DNA from: Sedimentisphaerales bacterium
Lineage (GTDB): Bacteria; Planctomycetota; Phycisphaerae; Sedimentisphaerales; Anaerobacaceae
Length of the DNA: 64,000 nt
Direction of reading: 5' to 3'
Assembly (NCBI GenBank): GCA_963708075.1
Contig: OY970194.1
Span: 7,328,001 to 7,392,000, forward strand
Position numbers and translations under genes: made by a program. This document shows positions 30,941 to 40,321 of the stretch, one piece after another. The first letter of the stretch is position 1. Each line of letters begins with the position of its first letter. The notes below the pieces were generated by a model, which made no database searches, was not told where the DNA came from, and saw only the letters and a program-made list of their open reading frames with translations.

Positions 30941-31975
30941 TCACGCCGGGCAACGGAGCAAATGCTGCACCAATTCCTCAAGGTTGCAGGTCGCGACAGC
31001 GCAGTACTTGTCCCCGCCGCCGTAATAGACGAAGAGCGTACCATCGATCACGACGGCGCCGCACGGGAAGCACACGCCGCGATAGAAGCCTTCGATCTCG
31101 TAATCGGTCTCCGGCTGCAGCAGCCAGTCGGGCGTGCGGTGCAGGACGATGCCAGGGTCTTCGAGATCGAGCAGGACCGCGCCGAGGCGATAGTACTTGT
31201 CCGGACCGACCGCGTGGTAGATCGACAGCCAGCCGTACTCGGTCTTGATCGGCGGCGTGTTCACGCCCAGCTTGGCCGTTTCCCACGGGTACTTGTTCGT
31301 GATCAGCAGCTTGCTCTTACGAAAGCCCATCAGGTCGTCGGCGAAGGAGATCCACGCACTGGCGTGCTCCACGCCGTACTCGGGCCCGACCCACTCCAGC
31401 GGCCGGTGCAGCATCACGTATTTGCCCCCGACCTTCTCCGGGAACAGGATCACGTCGCGGTCGTCCAGCAGCGGGTCGGTCAGCCAGCCGGCGCGAATCC
31501 AGGTCTTGAAGTCCCGCGTGAGCAGCAGTCCCGTCAGTGTGGCGTTGATCCGCAGGTAGCGAGGGAAACCGTCGGTGCACTCGGCCGGCGTGATGTATTT
31601 GTCTCGACCCCCGGGCACCCAGAACTGCCCGAACGGGTAATGCCGGCAAGCACAGGTGACGTAGAACCAGCCGTCCATCTTGATCATTCGCGGGTCCTGG
31701 ATCGTCGCCCCATCGAAGCCCTCGACGCTCGGACTGAGCGCCGGCTGATCGGACACCCGCTCGAAGTGGTAGCCATCCTTGCTCTTGGCCAGGCCGAAGT
31801 AGCACTTGTACTCCGCCCCCGACTCCGCCGCCCGATACAGCAGCAGGACCTCTTTCGCTTTCTCATCGTACCACGCCGCCGGGTTGAAGACTGCCAGGTC
31901 CTCCCACGGATGCCCCGGATGCGGCGACAGGATCGGATTGCCCTTGTAACGCTGAAGCTTCATAGGTTTACTCAT
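30941..31975 (-). CDS. GH130 family beta-mannoside phosphorylase/glycosidase
   Basis: NPILSP..VFNPAA, LLYRA, QDPR, DRDVILFPEK, MLHRP and VCFPCG..YYGGGD motifs. Confidence 0.88.
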   Translation of the reverse strand: MSKPMKLQRYKGNPILSPHPGHPWEDLAVFNPAAWYDEKAKEVLLLYRAAESGAEYKCYFGLAKSKDGYHFERVSDQPALSPSVEGFDGATIQDPRMIKMDGWFYVTCACRHYPFGQFWVPGGRDKYITPAECTDGFPRYLRINATLTGLLLTRDFKTWIRAGWLTDPLLDDRDVILFPEKVGGKYVMLHRPLEWVGPEYGVEHASAWISFADDLMGFRKSKLLITNKYPWETAKLGVNTPPIKTEYGWLSIYHAVGPDKYYRLGAVLLDLEDPGIVLHRTPDWLLQPETDYEIEGFYRGVCFPCGAVVIDGTLFVYYGGGDKYCAVATCNLEELVQHLLRCPA

Positions 31976-32071
31976 CCAAGAACCACGGGCTGTACACGAG
32001 CTCGAAACAGCGGCCCAACCGGGCACCAAAATACTCGGCCGCCCTCACCTTCTCAAGCGCATAGTGCCTCG

Positions 32072-34210
32072 TCATTCTGCGAAAGCGGCGGGCGTGACTC
32101 GGCAGGCGAGGTCACGGGTGAAGGTCGGCACGGCTAGTTCGAGCCGGTCCTGGTCGCAGGACGCGGTCTGGCGGCTCACTGGCTCGCCTTTGTAGGTGTC
32201 CCACCACAGGACGGTGTAGCTGCCCGGGTGAAGGCCACCGATCGTGATAGTCGCTGCGTCGATTCGGTCAGGCTCGCGTTTCTCCACGACCAGATTCCAC
32301 CATGTGGTCTGGCGGTTGACGAGCCACAGGTATGCGCAGGTGTCGCCCTGGTAGCCGAGGATGCGCACGCGGGCGTCGGAGATTGTCGCCGTCGTTTGCT
32401 GCAAGCCGGCGGGGGAGAAGCTCGCCAGGAAGCTGGCAAGCGGCTTGTAGTGGTGATAGGCGTCCTGGCGGTCGAGCTGATCCCACCACCAGAACATGGC
32501 GGTGCCGGAGACGCCGGAGAGAGCGGAGGCCCACAGGCAGTTGTGGAGGTGCACGCCCTCGCGGTCCTGCTTCATATAATCGCTCAGGCCCCACTTGGCG
32601 TCGGCCAGGCCGAACTCGCCGATCAGGGCGGGCTTGCCCGGGGCATTCTCGCGCAGCCAGCGGCTCTGGCGGAGGACGGACTCGACCTCGTCCTTGAAGT
32701 CATCGTCGTCCGGCCGCATGTAATGGTGCTCCTGGGCGATGTCGATCTGCGCGTGGCGGCAGTCCTTCGCGGACGGAGCCCACGTGCTCGTCGTTCGTGG
32801 ATGTCTGTAGATGTCGATCTGTTCGAGGTACTTGCCGACGTCCTCGTAGAACTTGTTCGTGGGCTTGCCCGGGTCCATCTCGTTGAAGTACTCCCAGGCG
32901 GCCACGCTGGTGGAGTAGCCCCACCTCGCCACGGCGTATCGCATGAACTTCCTGGCATCCGTCGTCGCCTGGCGATACTCGGCGCTATCGACCTTCGACA
33001 GCGTGCTCATGTACAGGTCCCGCGTGATGGCGCAGAGCATCAGGTAAATCCCATTCTGCTCGGCGGCCTCGACAATCTGATCGAGCATGAAGCAATCCAG
33101 CGGATTATAGTATCTCCGCACCGACCGATTCACTTCCGCCTCCCACAGCAGCTCGGCCCCACCGGCAGCCTCTTTCAGCGACAGGTCATCTAGCCACGCC
33201 TTGCCTGTGCCTGCAAGGCTGAATGTAGTCCGGCCGAGCCAGTACTCGTTGGCCCCCGTGGTGAACTCCTCGGCAAAGCTCTGCCAGTCGGATGTCGCCG
33301 GGACTCTCCACTCGTTGCCGCCGATTTGGACGCGCACGGCCTCAGGCCCATCCATTTTCAGCTTCCCCGAGAGGACATACTTCGTCCCGGGCAGCAGGGC
33401 CACCGGATGCGATGGATCGACCGTTACTGAGGCCCCGTTCTGGCCCTCGATCTTGATACACTTCCTGGCCTGCGGGTCGCTCTCGCTGCCGGGCACGGGC
33501 ACGATGAAGGATGCCTTTGCCCAAGAGCGCCCCCACGCGCTCTTGCGGGCCTCGATGGCCATCGCCCAGTCCTCGCAGCACGTCCAGATCCGCAGGAAAT
33601 TTGCCCCGTTGGCCGCCAGCTTGCCGAAGATCTCCTCCGCCTTAGGCAAAGTGACGTACTGCCCCTCCCCAATGAACGCCAAATTCTGCCCAATAGCAAA
33701 GAACGGCTGCCCCTCCGAAAACTGCAGAAACCTCGGATCATCTGTCCCTGTCTGCAAGAAACCTTTGCTCGCAGACGCCACGCACTCAAATGTCACCGGC
33801 GCAGAGCTGCTCTCGCCTTGCTCATCCTTCAACACCGCCCGTGCCGTGTATGCCCCGACCTCCATCGGCGCAAATCTCGCCTTCCACGCTCCAGTCCCGC
33901 GCGGATGGCACCACGCCACAGTCTTGCCGCCTTGCGGCAAATCCCGCCGCTCATACTCCTGCCCAAAGAACGCCGGCAATAGGAGGCTTTGTCCACCTGG
34001 CGTCACAATCACCACGTTGATCTCCACTTCGCACGGGTCAAACGGATTACCATACTCCTGATCCGTTTGGATCAGCAACTCGGCTTTTCCATACCTGTCG
34101 ATTCTCTGCTGTCCTACGCTCAGCTCGGTCTTCTGTGCCGCCCCTGCAACGCTCATCGAAATGATCATAAAAGGCAGCCATGCACACGTGACAGATCTCA
34201 ACCGCAGCAT
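32072..34210 (-). CDS. Secreted DUF5060-like/TIM-barrel glycoside hydrolase-like protein with an inserted carbohydrate-binding-like domain
   Basis: Signal peptide; NPFDP..WKARFAP, GANFLRIW, ARWGYS..WEYFNE and LIGEFG (clan GH-A-like Glu pair). Confidence 0.7.
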   Translation of the reverse strand: MLRLRSVTCAWLPFMIISMSVAGAAQKTELSVGQQRIDRYGKAELLIQTDQEYGNPFDPCEVEINVVIVTPGGQSLLLPAFFGQEYERRDLPQGGKTVAWCHPRGTGAWKARFAPMEVGAYTARAVLKDEQGESSSAPVTFECVASASKGFLQTGTDDPRFLQFSEGQPFFAIGQNLAFIGEGQYVTLPKAEEIFGKLAANGANFLRIWTCCEDWAMAIEARKSAWGRSWAKASFIVPVPGSESDPQARKCIKIEGQNGASVTVDPSHPVALLPGTKYVLSGKLKMDGPEAVRVQIGGNEWRVPATSDWQSFAEEFTTGANEYWLGRTTFSLAGTGKAWLDDLSLKEAAGGAELLWEAEVNRSVRRYYNPLDCFMLDQIVEAAEQNGIYLMLCAITRDLYMSTLSKVDSAEYRQATTDARKFMRYAVARWGYSTSVAAWEYFNEMDPGKPTNKFYEDVGKYLEQIDIYRHPRTTSTWAPSAKDCRHAQIDIAQEHHYMRPDDDDFKDEVESVLRQSRWLRENAPGKPALIGEFGLADAKWGLSDYMKQDREGVHLHNCLWASALSGVSGTAMFWWWDQLDRQDAYHHYKPLASFLASFSPAGLQQTTATISDARVRILGYQGDTCAYLWLVNRQTTWWNLVVEKREPDRIDAATITIGGLHPGSYTVLWWDTYKGEPVSRQTASCDQDRLELAVPTFTRDLACRVTPAAFAE

Positions 34211-34411
34211 CAATGAATCCTCCCATGAGTCATCTACTTGTCACACACGCTGGATTGTATCCTGTGGCACCTCACCATGGAATCCTTGCTTCACCTATAA
34301 TCGTAGATTGGGCTTGCCTGTCGGGCTCGCAGCATACATACTCAGCAGATTGCCGTGCGGCAGCATGGTCACAAGTACAATCTGGAGTTTTCTGTTGAGG
34401 AGCGATGGACT

Positions 34412-35356
34412 ATGGGAAATCAGGCTTCTTCCCGACGGGAGTTTTTGAGAGACATCGCGGTGACGGCTGGTTTGGCGGCTGTGGCGCCGGCGGTTGGCGC
34501 AGTGGCGCGGGCCGCTTCGGGGAAGCTGCATGTGGCGTGCAATCAGTATTCGTGGAGCGTGTTCTATACGCGGGAGAAGAAGGACTTCAATGCGTCGCTG
34601 GATGCGGGATTTGCCGATGTGGCGGCCAGCGGGATCGATGGGTTTGAGCCGGGGGTAGGGGGGCTGGCGCAGATCGAGCAGATGGCGCCGGTGCTGAAGA
34701 AGCACGGGCTCGAGATGCGGTCGCTGTATGTTAATAGTACGCTGCACGAGGCGGGTCAGGGGGACAAGAGCATCGAGGAGGTCCTTGCCGCGGCGGCAAA
34801 GGCGAAGACCATCGGCACGCGGATCATCGTGACCAATCCGAGCCCCTTGCGCTGGGGCGGGCAGGAGAACAAGAACGATGAGCAACTCAAGATACAGGCG
34901 GAGGCCCTCAACAAGCTGGGCGCCAAGCTCAAGGCAATGGGCTTGACACTCGCCTATCACAACCACGACATGGAGCTGCGCAACGCCGCCCGCGAGTTCC
35001 ATCATATGATGGTCGGCACCGACCCCCAGAACGTCACCCTCTGTCTCGACGCCCACTGGGTCTATCGCGGGTCGGGCAACTCGCAGGTGGCCCTGTTCGA
35101 CGTGGTCAAGCTCTACGGCTCTCGCGTCACCGAATTGCACCTTCGCCAGTCGCAAAATGGCGTATGGACTGAGGCATTCGGCCCGGGCGATATCGACTAC
35201 CCACGGCTGGCCGAGTCGCTGCTCAAGGTCGGTGTCAAGCCCTTGCTGGTCCTGGAGCAAGCCATCGAGGACGGCTCACCCAACACGATGAAACCCGTAG
35301 AAGCCTTCAAGCAGAGCACTGCCTACGTCCGCCAGATCTTCGCCGCATTCGCATAG
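34412..35356 (+). CDS. Tat-exported sugar phosphate isomerase/epimerase (xylose-isomerase-like TIM barrel)
   Basis: SRREFL Tat motif; LAYHNH, LCLDAHW and GPGDID motifs. Confidence 0.82.
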   Translation: MGNQASSRREFLRDIAVTAGLAAVAPAVGAVARAASGKLHVACNQYSWSVFYTREKKDFNASLDAGFADVAASGIDGFEPGVGGLAQIEQMAPVLKKHGLEMRSLYVNSTLHEAGQGDKSIEEVLAAAAKAKTIGTRIIVTNPSPLRWGGQENKNDEQLKIQAEALNKLGAKLKAMGLTLAYHNHDMELRNAAREFHHMMVGTDPQNVTLCLDAHWVYRGSGNSQVALFDVVKLYGSRVTELHLRQSQNGVWTEAFGPGDIDYPRLAESLLKVGVKPLLVLEQAIEDGSPNTMKPVEAFKQSTAYVRQIFAAFA

Positions 35357-35647
35357 CGGTGACTTGATGGCGAAAAAGGCTTGCAGAATCGCCCTGCGTC
35401 TGATAATATAGGGTTAGTTGAGGTATGAAGGCGGGCGAATAACTGCCGCGATGCCTCCGGTGGGTCTCATAATCATACCGTTTCCTGCGTCACGCAGGCC
35501 CGCCCTCATTTTGCCTCTGTCGTTGGCCTCATTGGGAGGGGTCTTGCGACCGATATCATTCAACGGATGGCAGTGACAAGACCGCCCGGATTCCGCGCCG
35601 GCGGGGCTGTGATCGTCATATATGCGCGTACGTGAAGGAGAGATGAG

Positions 35648-38600
35648 ATGGAATGGCGTATGAGAGCTCTGATGCCAGTGGTGTTGGCGTTCGCGCTGGC
35701 TTTGATGGGGACGTCGCGAGCATCGCTTGTGGCGCACTGGCCGCTCGATGAGACCAGTGGAACGGTTGCCGCGGACGCGGTCGGGGACAACGACGGGACG
35801 CTCTCCGGCAATCCAGTCTGGGAATCGGCGAGGGTCCGCCCCAGTGGCTCGCTGGTGTTCGATGGCAAGGATGACTACATAACGACCCGCTTTGCGCTGG
35901 ACCCGGCGAAAGGGCCGTTCAGCGCGTTTCTCTGGGCCTTGGGCAATGAGGCGGGCAAAGTCCTGATCGCCCAGCAGGACTTCGGTGGGACAGGGCAGGC
36001 GTGGCTGGTAGCAGGTACAACGAGCGCCAAGCTGGGCACGGAACTGACAGACGCCAGGGGCCAGGCCCGCGCGTTGCAGTCGGATGCCGTCCTCGCGGAT
36101 GGTCGGTGGCACCATGTCGGGGTGATCTGGGATGGGCAGTACAGACGCCTCTACCTGGACGGCGAAGAGGTGGCGGCGGACCAGGTTGCACTGGCGGATA
36201 TGAGGAGTTCGCTGGGCGGGCTGGTCATTGGGGCCTCGAAGACCCAGGACAGGTCCACGCTCTGGTCCGGCAGTATGGACGACATCCGCATCTACGATCA
36301 TGCTCTGAGTCAATCGGAGATCCGCGTGCTGGCGGGCCTCGAATCCGACCGCCAGGGCCAGCCACAGATCATGGTGGTTGCTCCCAAGACGATCTATACG
36401 GGTGCCCCGGCAGCCGTGACGGTGACAGCCATGAACGCCGACCGGTCTCCGTTGGTGGCCTCGGTGACGACCCTGCTGGCCAGCACGAAGGTCTTTGAAG
36501 GGATGACCGATGCGACCGGCCGAGTGGTCGCGAGCTTCGACACGCCGGATATCGCGCCCGGCACATACACGCTCGAAGTGCAGGTCGCCGGCATGAAAGA
36601 GTCGCTGACCGCTCAAGTGCAGGTGCGTCAGATGCCCATCGTGCTGGTCGAGACGGATAAGCCCATCTATAAGCCCGGCCAGACGATCCAGGGTCGTGCC
36701 CTGGTTCTGACGAACGAGCTTCGGCCCACGATTTCCGATGTTGCTGTCCAGATCACGGACGGCAAAGGCGTCAAGATCTTTCGCAAGGAGTTGCAGACCA
36801 ACGCATTTGGCGTTGCGCCGTTCACGCTCGACCTGGCCAGCGAGCTCAACTACGGCACGTGGAAAATCACCGCCGAGGCCGGCTCGGCCACCGGCATGGT
36901 GGATGTCCGGGTCGAGGAATACGTCCTGCCGCGATTCGAGGTCAAGGTCGAAACCGAGCGCGACTACTTCCTCGTAAACGAGCGAATCCCGGGCACCGTG
37001 CGGGCGACGTACTTCTTCGGCAAGGCCGTCGATGGCACAGTGGAGATCCACGCCAGCCGATACGTCGGCACGTGGGAAGAATATACCCGCTATACGGCTC
37101 CGCTGGTCGAAGGGGCTGCCGAGTTCGAGCTTCCCGAGGTTGGTTACGTCAGCGGCACGCCCGGTGCAGGCGGGTCGGGCAGCGTCCAACTCGATGCCAT
37201 CATCACCGACACATCGGGTCACCAGGAAAAGTCCACGAAGCTGCTCAAGATTGTCAGCTCGGGCATTGTGCATCAGCTCATTGCGGCCTCACGGTCATTT
37301 ACCCCGGGCTTGCCGTATGAGGTGTTGCTCGTGGCCGAAACCCCGGACGGCATACCTCTGTCGGTCAGTGCAGAACTGACGGCTGAATACTATTCACAGG
37401 ATGGTCGTTCGGTCCTGAAAGACAAACAATCACTATCCTTCGAGGGTTCAGCCTCGCTGACGCTGCGAGCGCCGAGGGACGCGGCCTGGGTGTACGTGCA
37501 AAGCACGGCCCGGCGTGGTAGCGAGTCGGGTCAGGCGGAGCTGTTCGTCTATGCGACGTACTCGCCCACCGACAGCTTCCTGCACCTGAGCCGGACGAGC
37601 GATGAGGCGGTGAAGGTGGGAGACGCCGTGACCATCGACGTCTTCAAAACACACGATTCGACGATCTACTATGACGTGTCTGCAAACGGGCACACCGTTT
37701 GGTCGGAAGCGACCACCGGCTCGCAGATCAGCTTCCGGGCGACACAACAGATGCTGCCTGCCGCCAAGGTCGTGGCCTATATCATCAACCCGAACAACGA
37801 GATATCCGCCGATACACTGGAGTTCAAAGTGGTTATGGATGCGGCGGCCTCGCTGACAGTGGGCTTCAACGCTGAGGAAGTCTTGCCCGGCGACCGCGTG
37901 CAGGTGTCGATAGGCGCGGGAACCGAAGCCATGGTCGGCATCGCTATCGTCGATGAATCCGTCTACGCCTTGAACGAGGGCCGGCTCAACATGCAAGCGG
38001 TTTTCGATGAGCTGGAGAAACGCTTCATGGACCCGCAGGCGGAGATCCATGCGCAGCCGTACAACTATGCGACACGCGAGGTCTTTGCCGACGCGGGCCT
38101 GCAGGTGATTACCTCGGGCGACCTCCAGGTCCCCGAGGGCCGGCAGGTGTGGGGCGGAGGCCCGATTCGCCGCGGCGACGGGACTGGTGTTGTACCGCCG
38201 GTGCCGACCGATGGCGGCTCGCTGGCCGAGGTCGCTCGCATCCGGCAGTTCTTCCCGGAGACGTGGCTGTGGACGCCGGACTTGCTCACGGACGCCAATG
38301 GTGCGGCCGTCATCGATCTGATCGCCCCGGACAGCATTACGACCTGGCGGTTGCACGCCGTCTCCACGTCTGACACCGGCCTGGGGATCGCCGAATCCTC
38401 GCTCCGCGTCTTCCAGGAATTCTTCGGCGAGCCGGACCTGCCGTACTCCGTGACGCGAGGCGAGCAGTTCCCTGTCCGCATCCAGATCTACAACTATCTC
38501 GATGAGGCACAGACCGTGCAGGTCGATCTGCGGACCGCCGAGTGGTTCAAATTGCTCGACATCGCGTCGCAGCAGGTGCGCGTGAACGCCAACTCCGTGG

Positions 38601-40315
38601 CAGCAGCCTCGTTCCTCATCGAGCCGACGAAGCTCGGCCGCAACTCGCTCGAGGTCACGCTCCGCTCCCCGCAGCGGGCAGACGGGGTCCGCAAAGAGGT
38701 CCTCGTCGAGCCCGAGGGCACGAAGCGCGAGCTGATTACGAATGGTCTGATCCGTTCCGGTGAGATCCTGCGGCTCGATGCCAACATGCCGGCGTACATC
38801 GTGCCGGACTCCGGCAAGCTGCTTCTGAACATCACGCCGAGCCTCGTCGCTCAGAGCATCAACGGTGTCGACGACCTGCTCCAGATGCCCTACGGCTGCG
38901 GCGAGCAAAACATGATCTTCTTCGCCCCCGATGTCGAGGTGCTGCGATACCTCGACGCCACGAGCCAGCTCACGCCCGAAGTTCGCGCCAAGGCCGAGCA
39001 TTTCATCACCGTCGGCTACCAGCGGGAGCTGACCTTCCGCCACAGCGACGGTTCGTTCTCCGCGTTCGGCGAGTCTGATGGCCAGCCCGGAAGCTTATGG
39101 CTTACGGCGTTCGTCCTCGACTGCTTCAGCGGCGCCCGCGAGATCACGACAGTCGATGACAGCATCCTCGCCGCAGCCGTCCAGTGGATCGCTTCCAAGC
39201 AGAAGACTGACGGCTCGTGGGACCCGGTTGGCTTCGTCATCCACAGCGACATGACGGGCGGTGTCCAGGGGAACTACACTCTTACCGCGTTTGTCACAAT
39301 CGCACTGGCGGACTATGCGTCCGCCCCGGCCGGCGTCGTGCAAGCGGCCGTGAAGTACCTCCGCGACAACATGAGCAGAATGCAGAGTGATCCGTATGCT
39401 CTGGCGATCGCGGCCCTGGCGCTGGCGAAGGCCGGGGACTCGACGGCCGATGCCGCACTGGACAACCTGCTGAGGATTGCTAAGAGCGACGCCAGCGGCA
39501 TGCACTGGGAGCCATACGCAGTAGAGACGACCGCTTATGCCGCTCTGGCATTGATGGAGAAACAGCGGCCGGAGGCGAATGAGGCCATCAAGTGGCTGTC
39601 CCTGCAGCGCAATAGCCTTGGCGGCTACGGCAACACGCAGGATACCGTGATGGGCCTCAAAGCCCTGATGACGGCGGCTCGAAACCAGAGCCGCAACGTG
39701 AACCTGACGGTGACCGTCCAGGATTCGAGGCGCGAGACGATCGCACAATTCACGGTTGACGAGAGCAACTTCGACGTCCTGCAGACTGTGGAACTGCCGC
39801 TTGAGCAGGTGATCGAGCTGGAGGCCCGGGGCACGGGCGAGGTCCGCTACCAGTTGGTCCGACGGTTCAACGTCCTGCTCAGCGATCAGACCGTGAACAA
39901 GGACATGGTTCTGGAGGTTAAGTACGATGCCGACCACGTGGAGGTCGATGACATCGTGAACGTCACTGCAACCGTCCGCTACATGGGCCTCAAGAGTTCC
40001 ACCGGCATGATGATCGTCGATGTCGGCGTGCCGACGGGCTTCGATACCGTCCGCGAGTCGCTCGACACGCTCGTTGAAGGAGGCAAAGTCACGAAGTTCG
40101 AGGTCGCCGGCCGCAAGGTGATCTTTTATCTCGACGGCCTGACGCCCCGCGAGGAGCGCTCTTTCACCTTCCAGGTCAAGGCCCGTTTCCCGGTGCGTGC
40201 CATCGTCCCGGACAGTAAGGCTTATTCTTACTACGAGCCTGACCTGCGTGCCGAGGCCATGGGTGAGGAGATCACTGTCGGTACACTGTCCCCGCAGGAG
40301 GAGCCGAAGAAGTAA
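35648..40315 (+). CDS. Secreted alpha-2-macroglobulin/thioester-containing protein with N-terminal LamG domain
   Basis: Signal peptide; LamG (LVAHWPLDE..WHHV..MDDIRIYD); ETDKPIYKPGQ, EEYVLPRFEV, FFPETWLW, DSITTW, MPYGCGEQNM; receptor-binding-like C-terminus. Confidence 0.92.
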   Translation: MEWRMRALMPVVLAFALALMGTSRASLVAHWPLDETSGTVAADAVGDNDGTLSGNPVWESARVRPSGSLVFDGKDDYITTRFALDPAKGPFSAFLWALGNEAGKVLIAQQDFGGTGQAWLVAGTTSAKLGTELTDARGQARALQSDAVLADGRWHHVGVIWDGQYRRLYLDGEEVAADQVALADMRSSLGGLVIGASKTQDRSTLWSGSMDDIRIYDHALSQSEIRVLAGLESDRQGQPQIMVVAPKTIYTGAPAAVTVTAMNADRSPLVASVTTLLASTKVFEGMTDATGRVVASFDTPDIAPGTYTLEVQVAGMKESLTAQVQVRQMPIVLVETDKPIYKPGQTIQGRALVLTNELRPTISDVAVQITDGKGVKIFRKELQTNAFGVAPFTLDLASELNYGTWKITAEAGSATGMVDVRVEEYVLPRFEVKVETERDYFLVNERIPGTVRATYFFGKAVDGTVEIHASRYVGTWEEYTRYTAPLVEGAAEFELPEVGYVSGTPGAGGSGSVQLDAIITDTSGHQEKSTKLLKIVSSGIVHQLIAASRSFTPGLPYEVLLVAETPDGIPLSVSAELTAEYYSQDGRSVLKDKQSLSFEGSASLTLRAPRDAAWVYVQSTARRGSESGQAELFVYATYSPTDSFLHLSRTSDEAVKVGDAVTIDVFKTHDSTIYYDVSANGHTVWSEATTGSQISFRATQQMLPAAKVVAYIINPNNEISADTLEFKVVMDAAASLTVGFNAEEVLPGDRVQVSIGAGTEAMVGIAIVDESVYALNEGRLNMQAVFDELEKRFMDPQAEIHAQPYNYATREVFADAGLQVITSGDLQVPEGRQVWGGGPIRRGDGTGVVPPVPTDGGSLAEVARIRQFFPETWLWTPDLLTDANGAAVIDLIAPDSITTWRLHAVSTSDTGLGIAESSLRVFQEFFGEPDLPYSVTRGEQFPVRIQIYNYLDEAQTVQVDLRTAEWFKLLDIASQQVRVNANSVAAASFLIEPTKLGRNSLEVTLRSPQRADGVRKEVLVEPEGTKRELITNGLIRSGEILRLDANMPAYIVPDSGKLLLNITPSLVAQSINGVDDLLQMPYGCGEQNMIFFAPDVEVLRYLDATSQLTPEVRAKAEHFITVGYQRELTFRHSDGSFSAFGESDGQPGSLWLTAFVLDCFSGAREITTVDDSILAAAVQWIASKQKTDGSWDPVGFVIHSDMTGGVQGNYTLTAFVTIALADYASAPAGVVQAAVKYLRDNMSRMQSDPYALAIAALALAKAGDSTADAALDNLLRIAKSDASGMHWEPYAVETTAYAALALMEKQRPEANEAIKWLSLQRNSLGGYGNTQDTVMGLKALMTAARNQSRNVNLTVTVQDSRRETIAQFTVDESNFDVLQTVELPLEQVIELEARGTGEVRYQLVRRFNVLLSDQTVNKDMVLEVKYDADHVEVDDIVNVTATVRYMGLKSSTGMMIVDVGVPTGFDTVRESLDTLVEGGKVTKFEVAGRKVIFYLDGLTPREERSFTFQVKARFPVRAIVPDSKAYSYYEPDLRAEAMGEEITVGTLSPQEEPKK

Positions 40316-40321
40316 GCTGAG

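Noticed and set aside
951..39937. Long antisense ORFs (951..2516, 13865..15031, 17917..19485, 25758..27059, 30674..32137, 35414..37273, 37448..39043)
   Set aside because: They have no recognisable motifs and lie opposite well-supported genes, as is typical of high-GC DNA.
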